Positions 9,431 through 19,602 of a DNA stretch of 47,301 nt are shown piece by piece. The stretch covers positions 1 to 47,301 of the forward strand of contig JAQSYC010000025.1 in assembly GCA_029256345.1 (NCBI GenBank), in the 5' to 3' direction. A model generated the notes under the pieces. It was not told the DNA's origin. It did no database searches and worked only from the letters and a program-made list of their open reading frames with translations. The stretch's first letter is position 1; each line of letters starts with the position of its first letter. This DNA is from Clostridia bacterium. GTDB taxonomy: Bacteria; Bacillota; Clostridia; Lachnospirales; Cellulosilyticaceae. Both the position numbers and the translations under genes were made by a program.

Positions 9431-11979
9431 ATGAAAGAATTAGAAAAAATATATGACCCTAGCAGTGTAGAAACACGGCTTTATAAAAAATGGATGGATA
9501 AAGGCTATTTTCATGCAGAACCGGATGAAACAAAAAAACCGTTTACCATTGTGATGCCACCACCTAATATTACAGGACAGCTCCATATGGGCCACGCATT
9601 AGATAATACATTACAGGATATTTTAATCAGGTATAAACGTATGCAGGGATATAATGCACTTTGGATGCCTGGAACAGATCATGCCAGTATTGCAACAGAA
9701 GTTAAAATAGTGGAGCAGCTTGCCAAAGAAGGTGTATCAAAAGAAGATTTAGGCAGAGAAGGATTTCTTGTTAAAGCGTGGGAATGGAAGGAACAGTATG
9801 GCGGACGTATTATCGATCAGCTTAAAAAAATAGGAAGCTCATGTGACTGGGAAAGAGAACGATTTACAATGGATGAAGGTCTTTCTAAAGCCGTTGAAGA
9901 TGTGTTTATTAAGCTTTATGAAAAAGGATATATTTACAGAGGCTCTAGAATGATTAACTGGTGCCCGGTATGCGGCACATCTATTTCGGATGCAGAGGTA
10001 GAGCACACAGAAAAAGAAGGGTATTTCTGGCATCTGAGGTACCCAATTGTAGGCTCAGATGAATTTATTCACTTGGCAACAACAAGACCTGAGACGTTAT
10101 TAGGAGACAGCGCAGTGGCTGTTAACCCAAAAGACGAAAGGTATGCACATTTAGTAGGAAAAATGGTTAAATTACCACTTACAGATAGAGAAATACCTAT
10201 TATTGCAGATGATTATGTGGATAGGGCATTTGGTACAGGAGTCGTTAAAATAACACCTGCCCATGACCCCAACGATTTTGAGGTAGGCCAGCGCCATAAT
10301 TTGAGTCAGATTTGTGTCTTAAATGATGATGGTACAATGAATGATTTGGCTGGAGAATATGCACAAATGGATCGATATGAAGCTAGAAAACATATTGTGG
10401 AGGCATTAGAAGAGAGAGGATTACTTGTTAAAGTGGAACCTCACACCCATAATGTAGGAACACATGACAGATGTAAATCAGTTGTAGAACCTATGATTAA
10501 AGCCCAATGGTTTGTAAAAATGGAGGAAATGGCAAAACCTGCAATTAAAGCACTAAAAGAAGGGGATCTGTGTTTTGTACCTGAAAGATTTGAAAAAACT
10601 TATTTGCATTGGCTTGAAAACATAAGAGATTGGTGTATTTCAAGGCAGCTGTGGTGGGGCCATAGGATTCCAGCTTATTATTGTGAAACATGCGGAGAAA
10701 TTATCATTGCAAGAGAGAAGCCTTCCGAATGTACGAAGTGTAAAGCAACTCATTTGGTTCAGGATGAAGATACATTAGATACGTGGTTTAGCTCGGCCTT
10801 ATGGCCATTTTCAACACTTGGATGGCCTGACCAAACAAAAGAACTAGAGTATTTTTATCCAACCAGTGTACTGGTGACAGGGTATGATATTATCTTTTTT
10901 TGGGTTGTACGTATGGTCTTCTCAGGACTTGAGCAATAGATCCTCTGGAGGTGATCGATCAATATGGGGCGGATGCCCTAAGATTGACACTGGTAACAGG
11001 TAATGCCCCAGGTAATGATATGCGTTTTTATTATGAAAGGGTGGAAGCAAACCGTAATTTTGGCAATAAATTATGGAATGCCACACGGTTTATCTTAATG
11101 AATTTTGAAGATGAAGACAGTTGTCAAGGCGTATCCCTAGAGGATCTTACAGCTGCTGACAGATGGATTATTTCGAAAGTTAACACCCTTACCAGGGAAG
11201 TTACAGATAATATGGATAAATATGAACTGGGTGTAGCTGTTCAAAAGTTATATGATTTTGCTTGGGAAGAGTTTTGTGATTGGTATATAGAAATGGTTAA
11301 ACCAAGGCTTTATAATAAAGAGGATGTTACAAGGAAGGCTGCTTTGTGGACTTTGAAAACAGTCATGATTGATATTTTGAAGATGCTGCATCCTTATATA
11401 CCATTTATTACAGAAGAAATATTTATGGGACTGCAGCATCAAGAGGAAAGCATTATGATTTCTCAGTGGCCAGTTTTTAAAGAAGAATGGCAATTTATAT
11501 CGGATGAAGAAGAGATTGAGCTTATTAAGGGAGCTGTTAGAGCTGTACGTAATCTGCGAACAGAGATGAATGTACCACCCTCAAGAAAGGCGAAGATTAT
11601 AATTGTCTCTAAAGAAGAGCAAATCATTGACCTTTTTAAAAGAGGCAAAGTGTTCTTTAGTGTCTTAGCGTCTGCATCTGAAGTTATTTTGCAACAAGAT
11701 ACAAAGGGGATAGAGGCCGATGCAGTTTCTGCACTTATTCCAAATGCAGTACTCTATATCCCTTTTGCAGACTTAGTCGATTTACAAAAAGAGTTAGAAA
11801 GACTAGGAAAAGAAAAACAAAAGTTAGAAATGGAAGTAGATCGTGTAAACAAAAAACTTGCCAATGAAGGTTTTGTGGCCAAAGCACCAGCGGCACTTAT
11901 AGAAGAAGAAAAGGCTAAAAAGGCAAAATATGAAGACATGCTGAGCGCTATTGTGGAACGGATTGAAAAGTTAAGTTAA
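9431..11979 (+). CDS. valS: Valyl-tRNA synthetase, split at ~10936 by a frameshifting internal deletion (ORFs 9431-10939 and 10951-11979)
   Basis: [31 protein letters not shown] and C-terminal coiled coil present; KMSKS segment absent at the junction. Confidence 0.95.
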
Positions 11980-11989
11980 TTATAGTGGC

Positions 11990-12027
11990 ATAAAAGATAG
12001 GATTGGTTTTATAATCCTATCTTTTAT
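11990..12027 (+). terminator. Intrinsic terminator after valS
   Basis: ATAAAAGATAGGATT/AATCCTATCTTTTAT inverted repeat. Confidence 0.8.
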
Positions 12028-12131
12028 TATTTTGTAGTAATCCTTTTTTAAAATTGTAATACTTTTTGTTGTCAATGTATATATATAGCATAAGGGACAT
12101 GCATTATGATAAGGAAAGTAGAGGGATAAAT

Positions 12132-14927
12132 ATGAGGAAAAGGTATTACAACCGAGCAATAGATACTATTTTACATGAATTGAGTGTAGAGCCATCAAAA
12201 GGCTTATCTCATAAAGAAGCCTGTAATAGGTTAGAACAATATGGACCGAATGTATTCAGCAAACCTAAAGAAAAGAGTATGTTGTATCAAATCAAGGAGG
12301 TTTTGACACAGCAGCTCATTATCATTTTACTTATAGCTGCAGGAATCAGTTTTTTAATTGGACAATATCAAGATGCCATAGGCATATGTATTTCTATATT
12401 ATTAGGCAGCACAATAGGTCTGTTGACAGAGAATAGATCTAAGAAAGCCGCTGAGGCTTTAACAAAGATGACTGAGGACATAGAGGTTAAAGTTTTAAGA
12501 GATCATCAAAAGATAATGGTTCATAAGAGTGAAATTGTGCCAGGGGATGTGGTATTCGTTGAGAGCGGGGACAAGGTACCGGCAGATGGCCGGATTATAC
12601 AGGCTGTGGATCTTAAGGTAAGAGAAGATATGCTGACAGGAGAATCTGATGATGTCAGTAAAAAGGTGGGTATTGTAAAGGAGCAAAGTACAGTCATTGA
12701 TGGGCAAGAGATTGTTCAGGAGCCAATTCCAGCTAGGCAATACAATATGTTGTTCGAAGGAACACTTATTGCCTATGGCAGTGCAAAGATGCTTGTGACA
12801 GCTACGGGAGATTATAGTGAGATGGGAAATATCGCCAAAGACTTAGGAGAATCAGAAACAGATACACCACTGGAGATTAAAATGGATAGTTTAGGAAAAA
12901 CAGTTTCTAAAATATCAACAGCTATTGCAAGCCTGTTGTTTATTTATATGTTGATACAAATAGTACAAGCCCACCCACTTACAATAGAGTTCACCAGTAG
13001 CCATGCACTGCTGAACTCACTCAAGCCGTTAGTAGAAAACTTTCCGGAAATAAAAACAGCCTTTGTAGTATGTGTTGCACTTATTGTAGCAGCGGTACCG
13101 GAAGGATTGGCTACAATGATCAACATTACACTGGCGATTACGATGAAGCAAATGGCAAAAATCAATGTTTTGGTCAGAAAAAAAGAAGCCTGTGAGACTA
13201 TCGGCGCAGTAAGTGTGATTTGCAGTGATAAAACAGGAACATTAACTCAGAATAAGATGAAGGTAGCTAAAGTTTATATGGAAGGACAATACCAACAAAC
13301 CAATCGTCTGGGGGATTATAAGTATTTTTTTGATAACTGCATTGTGAATAGCACAGCAGATATAGAGAAGTATAGAGGTGAAGAGAAATATATAGGGAGT
13401 GCTACAGAATGTGCATTGCTGTCTTTATACAAAAATTGTAATTATATGGAGATAAGGGAAAAAGTAGGGATTGTTAGGCAGATTCCTTTTTCCTCTCAGA
13501 CAAAATATATGGCGACTATTTTATCAGACGGAGATAGTTATGAGATTCTTTCAAAGGGAGCCCCGGAAGTCATATTGAAGCAATGCGGTTATGAAAGTAT
13601 AAATGGAGAAATCAAAAAGCTTACAGAATCCAGAATAAGAGAAATCATGTATCAGATTGGACTTTTGCAGTCCGATGCCATGCGGGTTCTAGCTTTTGCT
13701 TATCAAAAGACCCAGGTTAATAAGGGGTTTTTGCAAAAAAAAGAGTTTATAAAAGAACTTATTTTTAACGGATTTGTGGGCATCACAGATCCCCTCAGAG
13801 AAGGAGTCAAGGAAGCTATTAAGATAGCCGTGGATGCAGGTATAGAAACCAAAATGCTAACAGGAGACAATATTCAAACAGCTGTAGCTATTGGTAAAGA
13901 GATAGGACTTGTTGGTCATGGCATGAGAGCTGTAGAAGCAAACTATATTGATACCCTAAGTGAAGACATGCTTGCCAAGGAAATGAAAACTATTTCAATT
14001 GTAGCCCGGTCAAAACCAGATACCAAAATGCGTATTGTACAGGCTTTACAAAAAGCAGGAGAAGTAGTAGCAGTTACAGGAGATGGGATCAATGATGCGC
14101 CAGCCCTTACAAAAGCAGATGTAGGCGTTGCTATGGGAATAGCTGGAACAGAAGTCAGCAAAAGTGCAGCAGATATTATTTTAACAGATGACAGTTTTAG
14201 TACAATCGTTGAAGCAATTAAATGGGGAAGAGGAATTTACAATAACTTTCAAAGATTTATTCAATTTCAATTAACCGTTAATATTATTGCTTTTATGATT
14301 GCAATAATAACTCAGATCATGGATTTGGAGATGCCTTTCACAACCATTCATTTATTATGGATTAATATTATTATGGATGGCCCACCGGCCTTGGCACTCG
14401 GACTTGAACCCATAAGAGCTACCGTTATGAAAAGAAAACCTATTCCAAGAGAGGCTAATATCATCAATAGATTTATGGTAAGAACTATTTTTACCAATAG
14501 TATTTTTATCACCTTAATTCTTTTGGCACAAATCAAATGGAATTTTCTGGGTGCCTCTGATCAGATGATAGGGAGTGCAACACAAAAACAAACCGTCCTT
14601 TTTAGTTTATTTGCTTTTAGCATACTCTTTAATGCACTTAATTGCAGGGAGTTTGGAACAGGAAGTATCGTTAATAACTTTTTCAAAAATAAACTGGTAT
14701 TGATACTGATATTAGGGACGGCTGTCATACAGATTGTAGTCATACAGCTTGGGGGAGGATTTTTTAATGCAACACCGCTTTCTAGGGAAATGTGGCTTAA
14801 AATTATAGGTTATGGCTCGCTAGTAGTTGTGGTTAATGAAGTGATCAAGTTGTTTTTAAGGATCTTAAAAAGAACAGCTAAAGGTGCGGTGAGGCAAGTA
14901 CGAAGGGTTTACGTACAATATAAATAA
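12132..14927 (+). CDS. P-type ATPase, type II calcium-translocating (PMCA/YloB-like)
   Basis: TGES, VAAVPEGL, CSDKTGT phosphorylation site, KGAPE, MLTGD, TGDGINDAP; start at ATG 12132 behind GAGGG. Confidence 0.92.
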   Translation: MRKRYYNRAIDTILHELSVEPSKGLSHKEACNRLEQYGPNVFSKPKEKSMLYQIKEVLTQQLIIILLIAAGISFLIGQYQDAIGICISILLGSTIGLLTENRSKKAAEALTKMTEDIEVKVLRDHQKIMVHKSEIVPGDVVFVESGDKVPADGRIIQAVDLKVREDMLTGESDDVSKKVGIVKEQSTVIDGQEIVQEPIPARQYNMLFEGTLIAYGSAKMLVTATGDYSEMGNIAKDLGESETDTPLEIKMDSLGKTVSKISTAIASLLFIYMLIQIVQAHPLTIEFTSSHALLNSLKPLVENFPEIKTAFVVCVALIVAAVPEGLATMINITLAITMKQMAKINVLVRKKEACETIGAVSVICSDKTGTLTQNKMKVAKVYMEGQYQQTNRLGDYKYFFDNCIVNSTADIEKYRGEEKYIGSATECALLSLYKNCNYMEIREKVGIVRQIPFSSQTKYMATILSDGDSYEILSKGAPEVILKQCGYESINGEIKKLTESRIREIMYQIGLLQSDAMRVLAFAYQKTQVNKGFLQKKEFIKELIFNGFVGITDPLREGVKEAIKIAVDAGIETKMLTGDNIQTAVAIGKEIGLVGHGMRAVEANYIDTLSEDMLAKEMKTISIVARSKPDTKMRIVQALQKAGEVVAVTGDGINDAPALTKADVGVAMGIAGTEVSKSAADIILTDDSFSTIVEAIKWGRGIYNNFQRFIQFQLTVNIIAFMIAIITQIMDLEMPFTTIHLLWINIIMDGPPALALGLEPIRATVMKRKPIPREANIINRFMVRTIFTNSIFITLILLAQIKWNFLGASDQMIGSATQKQTVLFSLFAFSILFNALNCREFGTGSIVNNFFKNKLVLILILGTAVIQIVVIQLGGGFFNATPLSREMWLKIIGYGSLVVVVNEVIKLFLRILKRTAKGAVRQVRRVYVQYK

Positions 14928-14938
14928 GACTGGGAGAG

Positions 14939-14974
14939 GCGCTATGCAGTAGTTTTGCTGTATAGCGTTTTTTT
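14939..14974 (+). terminator. Intrinsic terminator
   Basis: GCGCTATGCAGTA/TGCTGTATAGCGT stem followed by T run. Confidence 0.75.
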
Positions 14975-15012
14975 CATTTCTATCAAATCAAGCCTAAGTC
15001 ATTAAAAATATA

Positions 15013-15088
15013 TTGACTTTTATAGTCGAGGATAGTAGGATAAAGAAGTAAAAAGTATGTTAATAATTTAACGTTAATTTATTAACAT
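15013..15088 (+). promoter_or_regulatory. Sigma-A promoter with two overlapping Rex-like operators
   Basis: TTGACT-N17-TAGGAT (15013-15041); ATGTTAA-N4-TTAACGT (15057-15074) and ACGTTAA-N4-TTAACAT (15071-15088) resemble the clostridial Rex box TTGTTAANNNNTTAACAA. Confidence 0.7.
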
Positions 15089-15224
15089 ATGAAGAAAATG
15101 GAATTAAATAAAAAAGATTGCAAGTTCATTGCAACCTTTTTTATTTAAGTATATAAAACATCTGCAGTATACAACGTGCAATGGCAATAGGCACGGATCA
15201 ATCTCATTTTATAAGGAGGAAGTT

Positions 15225-15713
15225 ATGGAGCAAGTCATTGATTTTAAGGCATTGGATGAAGTATTAGTAAAAAACAATTTTAGTAAAAATAATATTATTA
15301 GCATTTTACAAGATATTCAGGAGCAGCATAGGTACATACCACACGAGGCTTTTCCTTATCTTGCTGAAAAGCTAGGAATAAGTACAGCTAAAATTTTTGG
15401 GGTAGCCACTTTTTATGAAAATTTTTCGCTGGAACCAAAGGGCAAATACATCATTAAGATATGTGACGGCACAGCTTGTCATGTAAGGAAATCTATTCCT
15501 ATTTTAAATAAGTTAAGAGATGAATTAGGGCTTAGTAAAGAAAAGATAACAACAGATGATCTTCTTTTTACTTTAGAAACCGTATCTTGTCTTGGGGCTT
15601 GTGGACTTGCACCTGTCATCACTATTAATGATAAGGTGTACGGTGCTATGACTCCAGAAAAGGCGATGGTCCTTTTAAAGGAATTGAAGGAGGCAAGTGA
15701 AGATGTTAAGTAA
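15225..15713 (+). CDS. hydC: NADH-dependent [FeFe]-hydrogenase subunit gamma (NuoE-like [2Fe-2S])
   Basis: VATFY, CDGTAC and CLGAC motifs; AAGGAGG RBS before ATG 15225. Confidence 0.9.
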   Translation: MEQVIDFKALDEVLVKNNFSKNNIISILQDIQEQHRYIPHEAFPYLAEKLGISTAKIFGVATFYENFSLEPKGKYIIKICDGTACHVRKSIPILNKLRDELGLSKEKITTDDLLFTLETVSCLGACGLAPVITINDKVYGAMTPEKAMVLLKELKEASEDVK

Positions 15714-17577
15714 CAGAGCTGATCTGGCAGAATTGAGAAAAATTTATCAAAAATCTATTCAAACTCAAAAAGTTAAGGTTTTGATATGCGCAGGAACAGG
15801 TTGTATTGCCGGCGGAGCAAAAGATATTTATGAAGAATTTGTGAGACTGATGCAGGAACAAGGGATAGTCTGTAGTGTGAGTCTGGAAAAAGAACCACAT
15901 GATGAGTCGGTGGGTGTTAAACAAAGCGGTTGCCATGGTTTTTGTGAAATGGGACCTCTTGTGAGAATTGAACCTTGGGGTTATTTGTATATTAAGGTGA
16001 AAGCAGAAGATTGTCAGGAAATAATAGATACGACCATTAAAGCTGGAGAGTGTATCGAGAGACTAGCCTATCATAAGGATGGAAAGGTTTATAAAGCTCA
16101 AGATGAAATTCCTTTTTATGAAAAACAAACGCGACTGGTGCTCGAACACTGCGGGCAGATTGATGCCACTTCACTGGAAGAATACGTGGCTGTGGGAGGT
16201 TATGAAGCTTTAGAAAAGGCCTTGTTTGAGATGAGTGATGAAGATATTATAAGAGAAGTCGAGACCTCAAATCTGAGAGGGCGAGGTGGTGGTGGATACC
16301 CTGCAGGGCGCAAATGGGCACAAGTTAAAGGTCAAAGTGAGCCCACTAAGTATGTGGTCTGTAATGGGGATGAGGGGGACCCAGGCGCCTTCATGGACAG
16401 AAGTATTATGGAAGGTGACCCTCACCGCATGTTGGAGGGAATGATGATTGCAGCCAGAGCTTGTGGCGCTGAAGAAGGGTATATCTATGTAAGGGCGGAA
16501 TACCCACTGGCAATCAGCAGGTTAGTCAAAGCTATTAGTCAGGCAAAATCATATGGTCTGCTTGGTAACAATATTTTAGGAACAAATTTCAACTTTGATA
16601 TCAAAATCAATAAAGGGGCCGGGGCATTTGTCTGTGGTGAAGGTAGTGCACTGACAGCATCTATAGAAGGGCGTAGGGGCATGCCGAGGGTAAAACCTCC
16701 CAGAACAGTTGAACAAGGACTTTTTGAAAAGCCTACAGTGCTTAATAATGTAGAGACTTTTGCAAATGTACCTCTAGTTATTTTAAATGGGGCACAGTGG
16801 TATAAAACAATAGGACCAGAAAATAGTCCTGGAACTAAAGCCTTTGCGCTCACAGGAAATATAGAAAACACAGGACTTATTGAAGTGCCTATGGGGACAA
16901 CCTTAAGAGAGGTTATCTTTGATATAGGTGGAGGAATGCGCGGCGGAGAAGGCTTTAAGGCCGTACAAATAGGAGGGCCTTCCGGCGGATGTTTAACAAA
17001 GGAACAATTAGATTTACCTTTGGATTTTGATTCACTTAAAAAAGCAGGGGCCATGATTGGATCAGGTGGACTGGTTGTTATGGATGATCATACTTGTATG
17101 GTGGAAGTTGCAAGATTTTTTATGAACTTTACACAAAATGAGTCCTGCGGCAAATGTGTACCGTGTAGGGAAGGGACTAAACGTATGCTTGAGATTTTGG
17201 AGCGTATCGTATCTGGAGAAGGAGAAATAGAAGATTTAGATAAACTCATAGAGCTTGCAGATACGATCTCCTCAACAGCCCTCTGTGGATTGGGTAAAAC
17301 AGCAGCTTTCCCAGTAGTAAGTACGATTAAAAATTTTCGTGAAGAATATGAAGCACACATTATAGACAAGAGATGCCCATCTAAGACATGTCAAAAGCTC
17401 AAACAGATTACAATAGATGCGGTGCTATGTAAAGGATGTACTAAGTGTTCACGTCTATGTCCAGTAGGGGCTATTTCAGGCAAAGTTAAAGAAACATTTG
17501 TAATTGATAAGAGTAAATGTATTAAATGTGGTGCATGTATTGAGGCATGTGCGTTTAAAGCCATAAGGGAGGATTAA
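15703..17577 (+). CDS. hydB: [FeFe]-hydrogenase subunit beta (NuoF-like, FMN/NADH-binding)
   Basis: LRGRGGGGYP, CNGDEGDPG, ESCGKCVPCREG, N-terminal [2Fe-2S] and C-terminal 2x[4Fe-4S] motifs. Confidence 0.93.
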   Translation: MLSNRADLAELRKIYQKSIQTQKVKVLICAGTGCIAGGAKDIYEEFVRLMQEQGIVCSVSLEKEPHDESVGVKQSGCHGFCEMGPLVRIEPWGYLYIKVKAEDCQEIIDTTIKAGECIERLAYHKDGKVYKAQDEIPFYEKQTRLVLEHCGQIDATSLEEYVAVGGYEALEKALFEMSDEDIIREVETSNLRGRGGGGYPAGRKWAQVKGQSEPTKYVVCNGDEGDPGAFMDRSIMEGDPHRMLEGMMIAARACGAEEGYIYVRAEYPLAISRLVKAISQAKSYGLLGNNILGTNFNFDIKINKGAGAFVCGEGSALTASIEGRRGMPRVKPPRTVEQGLFEKPTVLNNVETFANVPLVILNGAQWYKTIGPENSPGTKAFALTGNIENTGLIEVPMGTTLREVIFDIGGGMRGGEGFKAVQIGGPSGGCLTKEQLDLPLDFDSLKKAGAMIGSGGLVVMDDHTCMVEVARFFMNFTQNESCGKCVPCREGTKRMLEILERIVSGEGEIEDLDKLIELADTISSTALCGLGKTAAFPVVSTIKNFREEYEAHIIDKRCPSKTCQKLKQITIDAVLCKGCTKCSRLCPVGAISGKVKETFVIDKSKCIKCGACIEACAFKAIRED

Positions 17578-17580
17578 GAC

Positions 17581-19269
17581 ATGAGTGGAGCTTTTATGTT
17601 AATTGACAATATACCTGTTGAAATTCAGGGTGAGAAAAACATCTTAGAATTAATTAGAAAGGCAGGGATAGATTTACCTACTTTTTGTTACTATTCTGAA
17701 CTTTCAGTATATGGAGCCTGTAGATTATGTGTCGTAGAAAATAAGTGGGGAGGAATAGAGGCTTCTTGTTCCACAGTACCTAAAGCTGGCATGGAAGTAC
17801 ATACAAATACACCTAGACTCAGAAAATACCGCAAGATGATTTTAGAGCTTATTCTGGCAAATCACTGTAGAGACTGTACAACCTGTGATAAAAATGGAAC
17901 TTGTAAATTGCAAGAGCTGGCTATGAGGTTTGGTATTAAAGAAGTACGGTTTGAAAATGCTAAAAAAGCTATTCCGCTCGATAAGTCTTCTTCGAGTATT
18001 GTAAGAGATGAGAGTAAATGTATTCTTTGCGGTGACTGTGTAAGAATGTGTGATGAGGTGCAAAATGTAGGGGCTATTGATTTTGCATATAGAGGTTCAG
18101 AAATGCGTATCAGTACAGCTTTTCATAAATGTATGGCAGAATCAAATTGTGTAGGCTGCGGGCAATGTGCAGCGGTTTGTCCAACGGGTGCTATCACGGT
18201 TAAAAATGATACGGCCAAGATATGGGACGAATTAAGTAATCCAGAGGTGAAAGTAGTTGCGCAGATCGCACCTGCAGTACGAGTAGGAATTGGTGAAGCA
18301 CTGGGACAAACCAACGGAACCAATGTCATGGGGAAAATTGTAGCCGCACTGAAGCGAATAGGATTTAATGAGGTATTTGATACATCCACAGGAGCTGATC
18401 TTACAGTTTTAGAGGAAACCAATGAGTTCTTAAAACGGCTTGAACAAGGTAAAGAAGGCCCGCTCTTTACATCTTGCTGCCCAGCTTGGGTCAAATATGC
18501 AGAAAACAATTATCCAGAATTGATGGGAAATGTATCCACCTGTAGATCACCTATGCAAATGTTTGGTTCTGTCCTTAAAGAACACTATAGCCACTCCAAC
18601 AAAAAGGTCGTAGTTGTAGGCGTTATGCCTTGTACAGCTAAAAAAGCTGAAGCTGAACGTGATGAATTTAAAGAAGAGGGGATTCCTTACATTGATTATG
18701 TGATTACAACTCAGGAACTTATCCAAATGATAAAAGAAGCTGGCCTTGTTTTTGATGAATTGGAACAGGAAGCAGTTGATATGCCTTTTGGCGTCAACAG
18801 TGGAGCAGGTGTTATATTTGGTGTGACAGGAGGCGTAACAGAGGCAGTTATTCGTCGTATAGCAGATGATAAATCTATCAATACACTTCGCGCCCTTGCT
18901 TTTAAAGGAGTCAGAGGCATGCAAGGCGTTAAAGAAGCAAGTATTCCTTTTGGAGACAAGATGCTTCAGATTGCAGTTGTAAGTGGACTGAAAAATGCAG
19001 ATGATTTAATTCAAAAAATCAAAAATGGAGAAAAACAGTATGATTTTGTGGAGGTAATGGCCTGCCTCGGAGGATGTGTTAGCGGTGCAGGACAGCCTTT
19101 TGCTAAGGGAGACGAAAAAGCCAAACGCGGTCAAGGCTTGTATGACACAGATCGCATGAGCAGTATTAAACGTTCTGAAGAAAATCCCGTGATTATGTCT
19201 TTGTACTCAGGACTACTCAAAGGCAAAGTACATCAACTTTTGCATGTTAAGTATGCAGGAAAGGAGTAG
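17581..19269 (+). CDS. hydA: [FeFe]-hydrogenase catalytic subunit alpha (group A)
   Basis: H-cluster motifs TSCCPAW, MPCTAKKAE, EVMACLGGC; N-terminal [2Fe-2S], His-ligated and 2x[4Fe-4S] motifs. Confidence 0.95.
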   Translation: MSGAFMLIDNIPVEIQGEKNILELIRKAGIDLPTFCYYSELSVYGACRLCVVENKWGGIEASCSTVPKAGMEVHTNTPRLRKYRKMILELILANHCRDCTTCDKNGTCKLQELAMRFGIKEVRFENAKKAIPLDKSSSSIVRDESKCILCGDCVRMCDEVQNVGAIDFAYRGSEMRISTAFHKCMAESNCVGCGQCAAVCPTGAITVKNDTAKIWDELSNPEVKVVAQIAPAVRVGIGEALGQTNGTNVMGKIVAALKRIGFNEVFDTSTGADLTVLEETNEFLKRLEQGKEGPLFTSCCPAWVKYAENNYPELMGNVSTCRSPMQMFGSVLKEHYSHSNKKVVVVGVMPCTAKKAEAERDEFKEEGIPYIDYVITTQELIQMIKEAGLVFDELEQEAVDMPFGVNSGAGVIFGVTGGVTEAVIRRIADDKSINTLRALAFKGVRGMQGVKEASIPFGDKMLQIAVVSGLKNADDLIQKIKNGEKQYDFVEVMACLGGCVSGAGQPFAKGDEKAKRGQGLYDTDRMSSIKRSEENPVIMSLYSGLLKGKVHQLLHVKYAGKE

Positions 19270-19274
19270 AGGCG

Positions 19275-19517
19275 ATGATACAACTCAAAGTATGTATAGG
19301 TAGTGCTTGTCATATTAAAGGCTCTTATAATGTTATTAATGTTTTTCAGCAGATGATAGAAGAACATCAGCTGTTTGAGAAGGTAGAGCTGCAGGCGGTA
19401 TTCTGCTTAGGAAAATGTGCGCAGGCGGTATCTGTCAAGATAGATGATAGTGAAGTTTACAGCGTTTCCGGAGCAAGTGCCAGAGGATTTTTCGAGGAAA
19501 AAATATTAAATCAATAG
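19275..19517 (+). CDS. Thioredoxin-like [2Fe-2S] ferredoxin (80 aa)
   Basis: VCIGSACHIKG and FCLGKC cysteine motifs; starts 5 nt after hydA stop. Confidence 0.85.
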   Translation: MIQLKVCIGSACHIKGSYNVINVFQQMIEEHQLFEKVELQAVFCLGKCAQAVSVKIDDSEVYSVSGASARGFFEEKILNQ

Positions 19518-19542
19518 GATGGTTTGAAAAATAGAAAAAGAG

Positions 19543-19592
19543 GAGAAAAGCAGCTATAACTTTATGTATCATAAGGTTATAACTGCTTTTTT
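19543..19592. terminator. Bidirectional terminator between convergent genes
   Basis: AAAAGCAGCTATAACTTTATG/CATAAGGTTATAACTGCTTTT inverted repeat. Confidence 0.75.
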
Positions 19593-19602
19593 AGGCTACA
19601 GG

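Noticed and set aside
10937-10939. TAG readthrough, programmed frameshift or a natural split ValRS
   Set aside because: The downstream part is in another frame and the KMSKS-coding sequence is physically absent, so recoding cannot restore it
12028-12131. Metal-sensing riboswitch upstream of the P-type ATPase
   Set aside because: The gap after the valS terminator is short and shows no yybP-ykoY or M-box motifs that I can recognise
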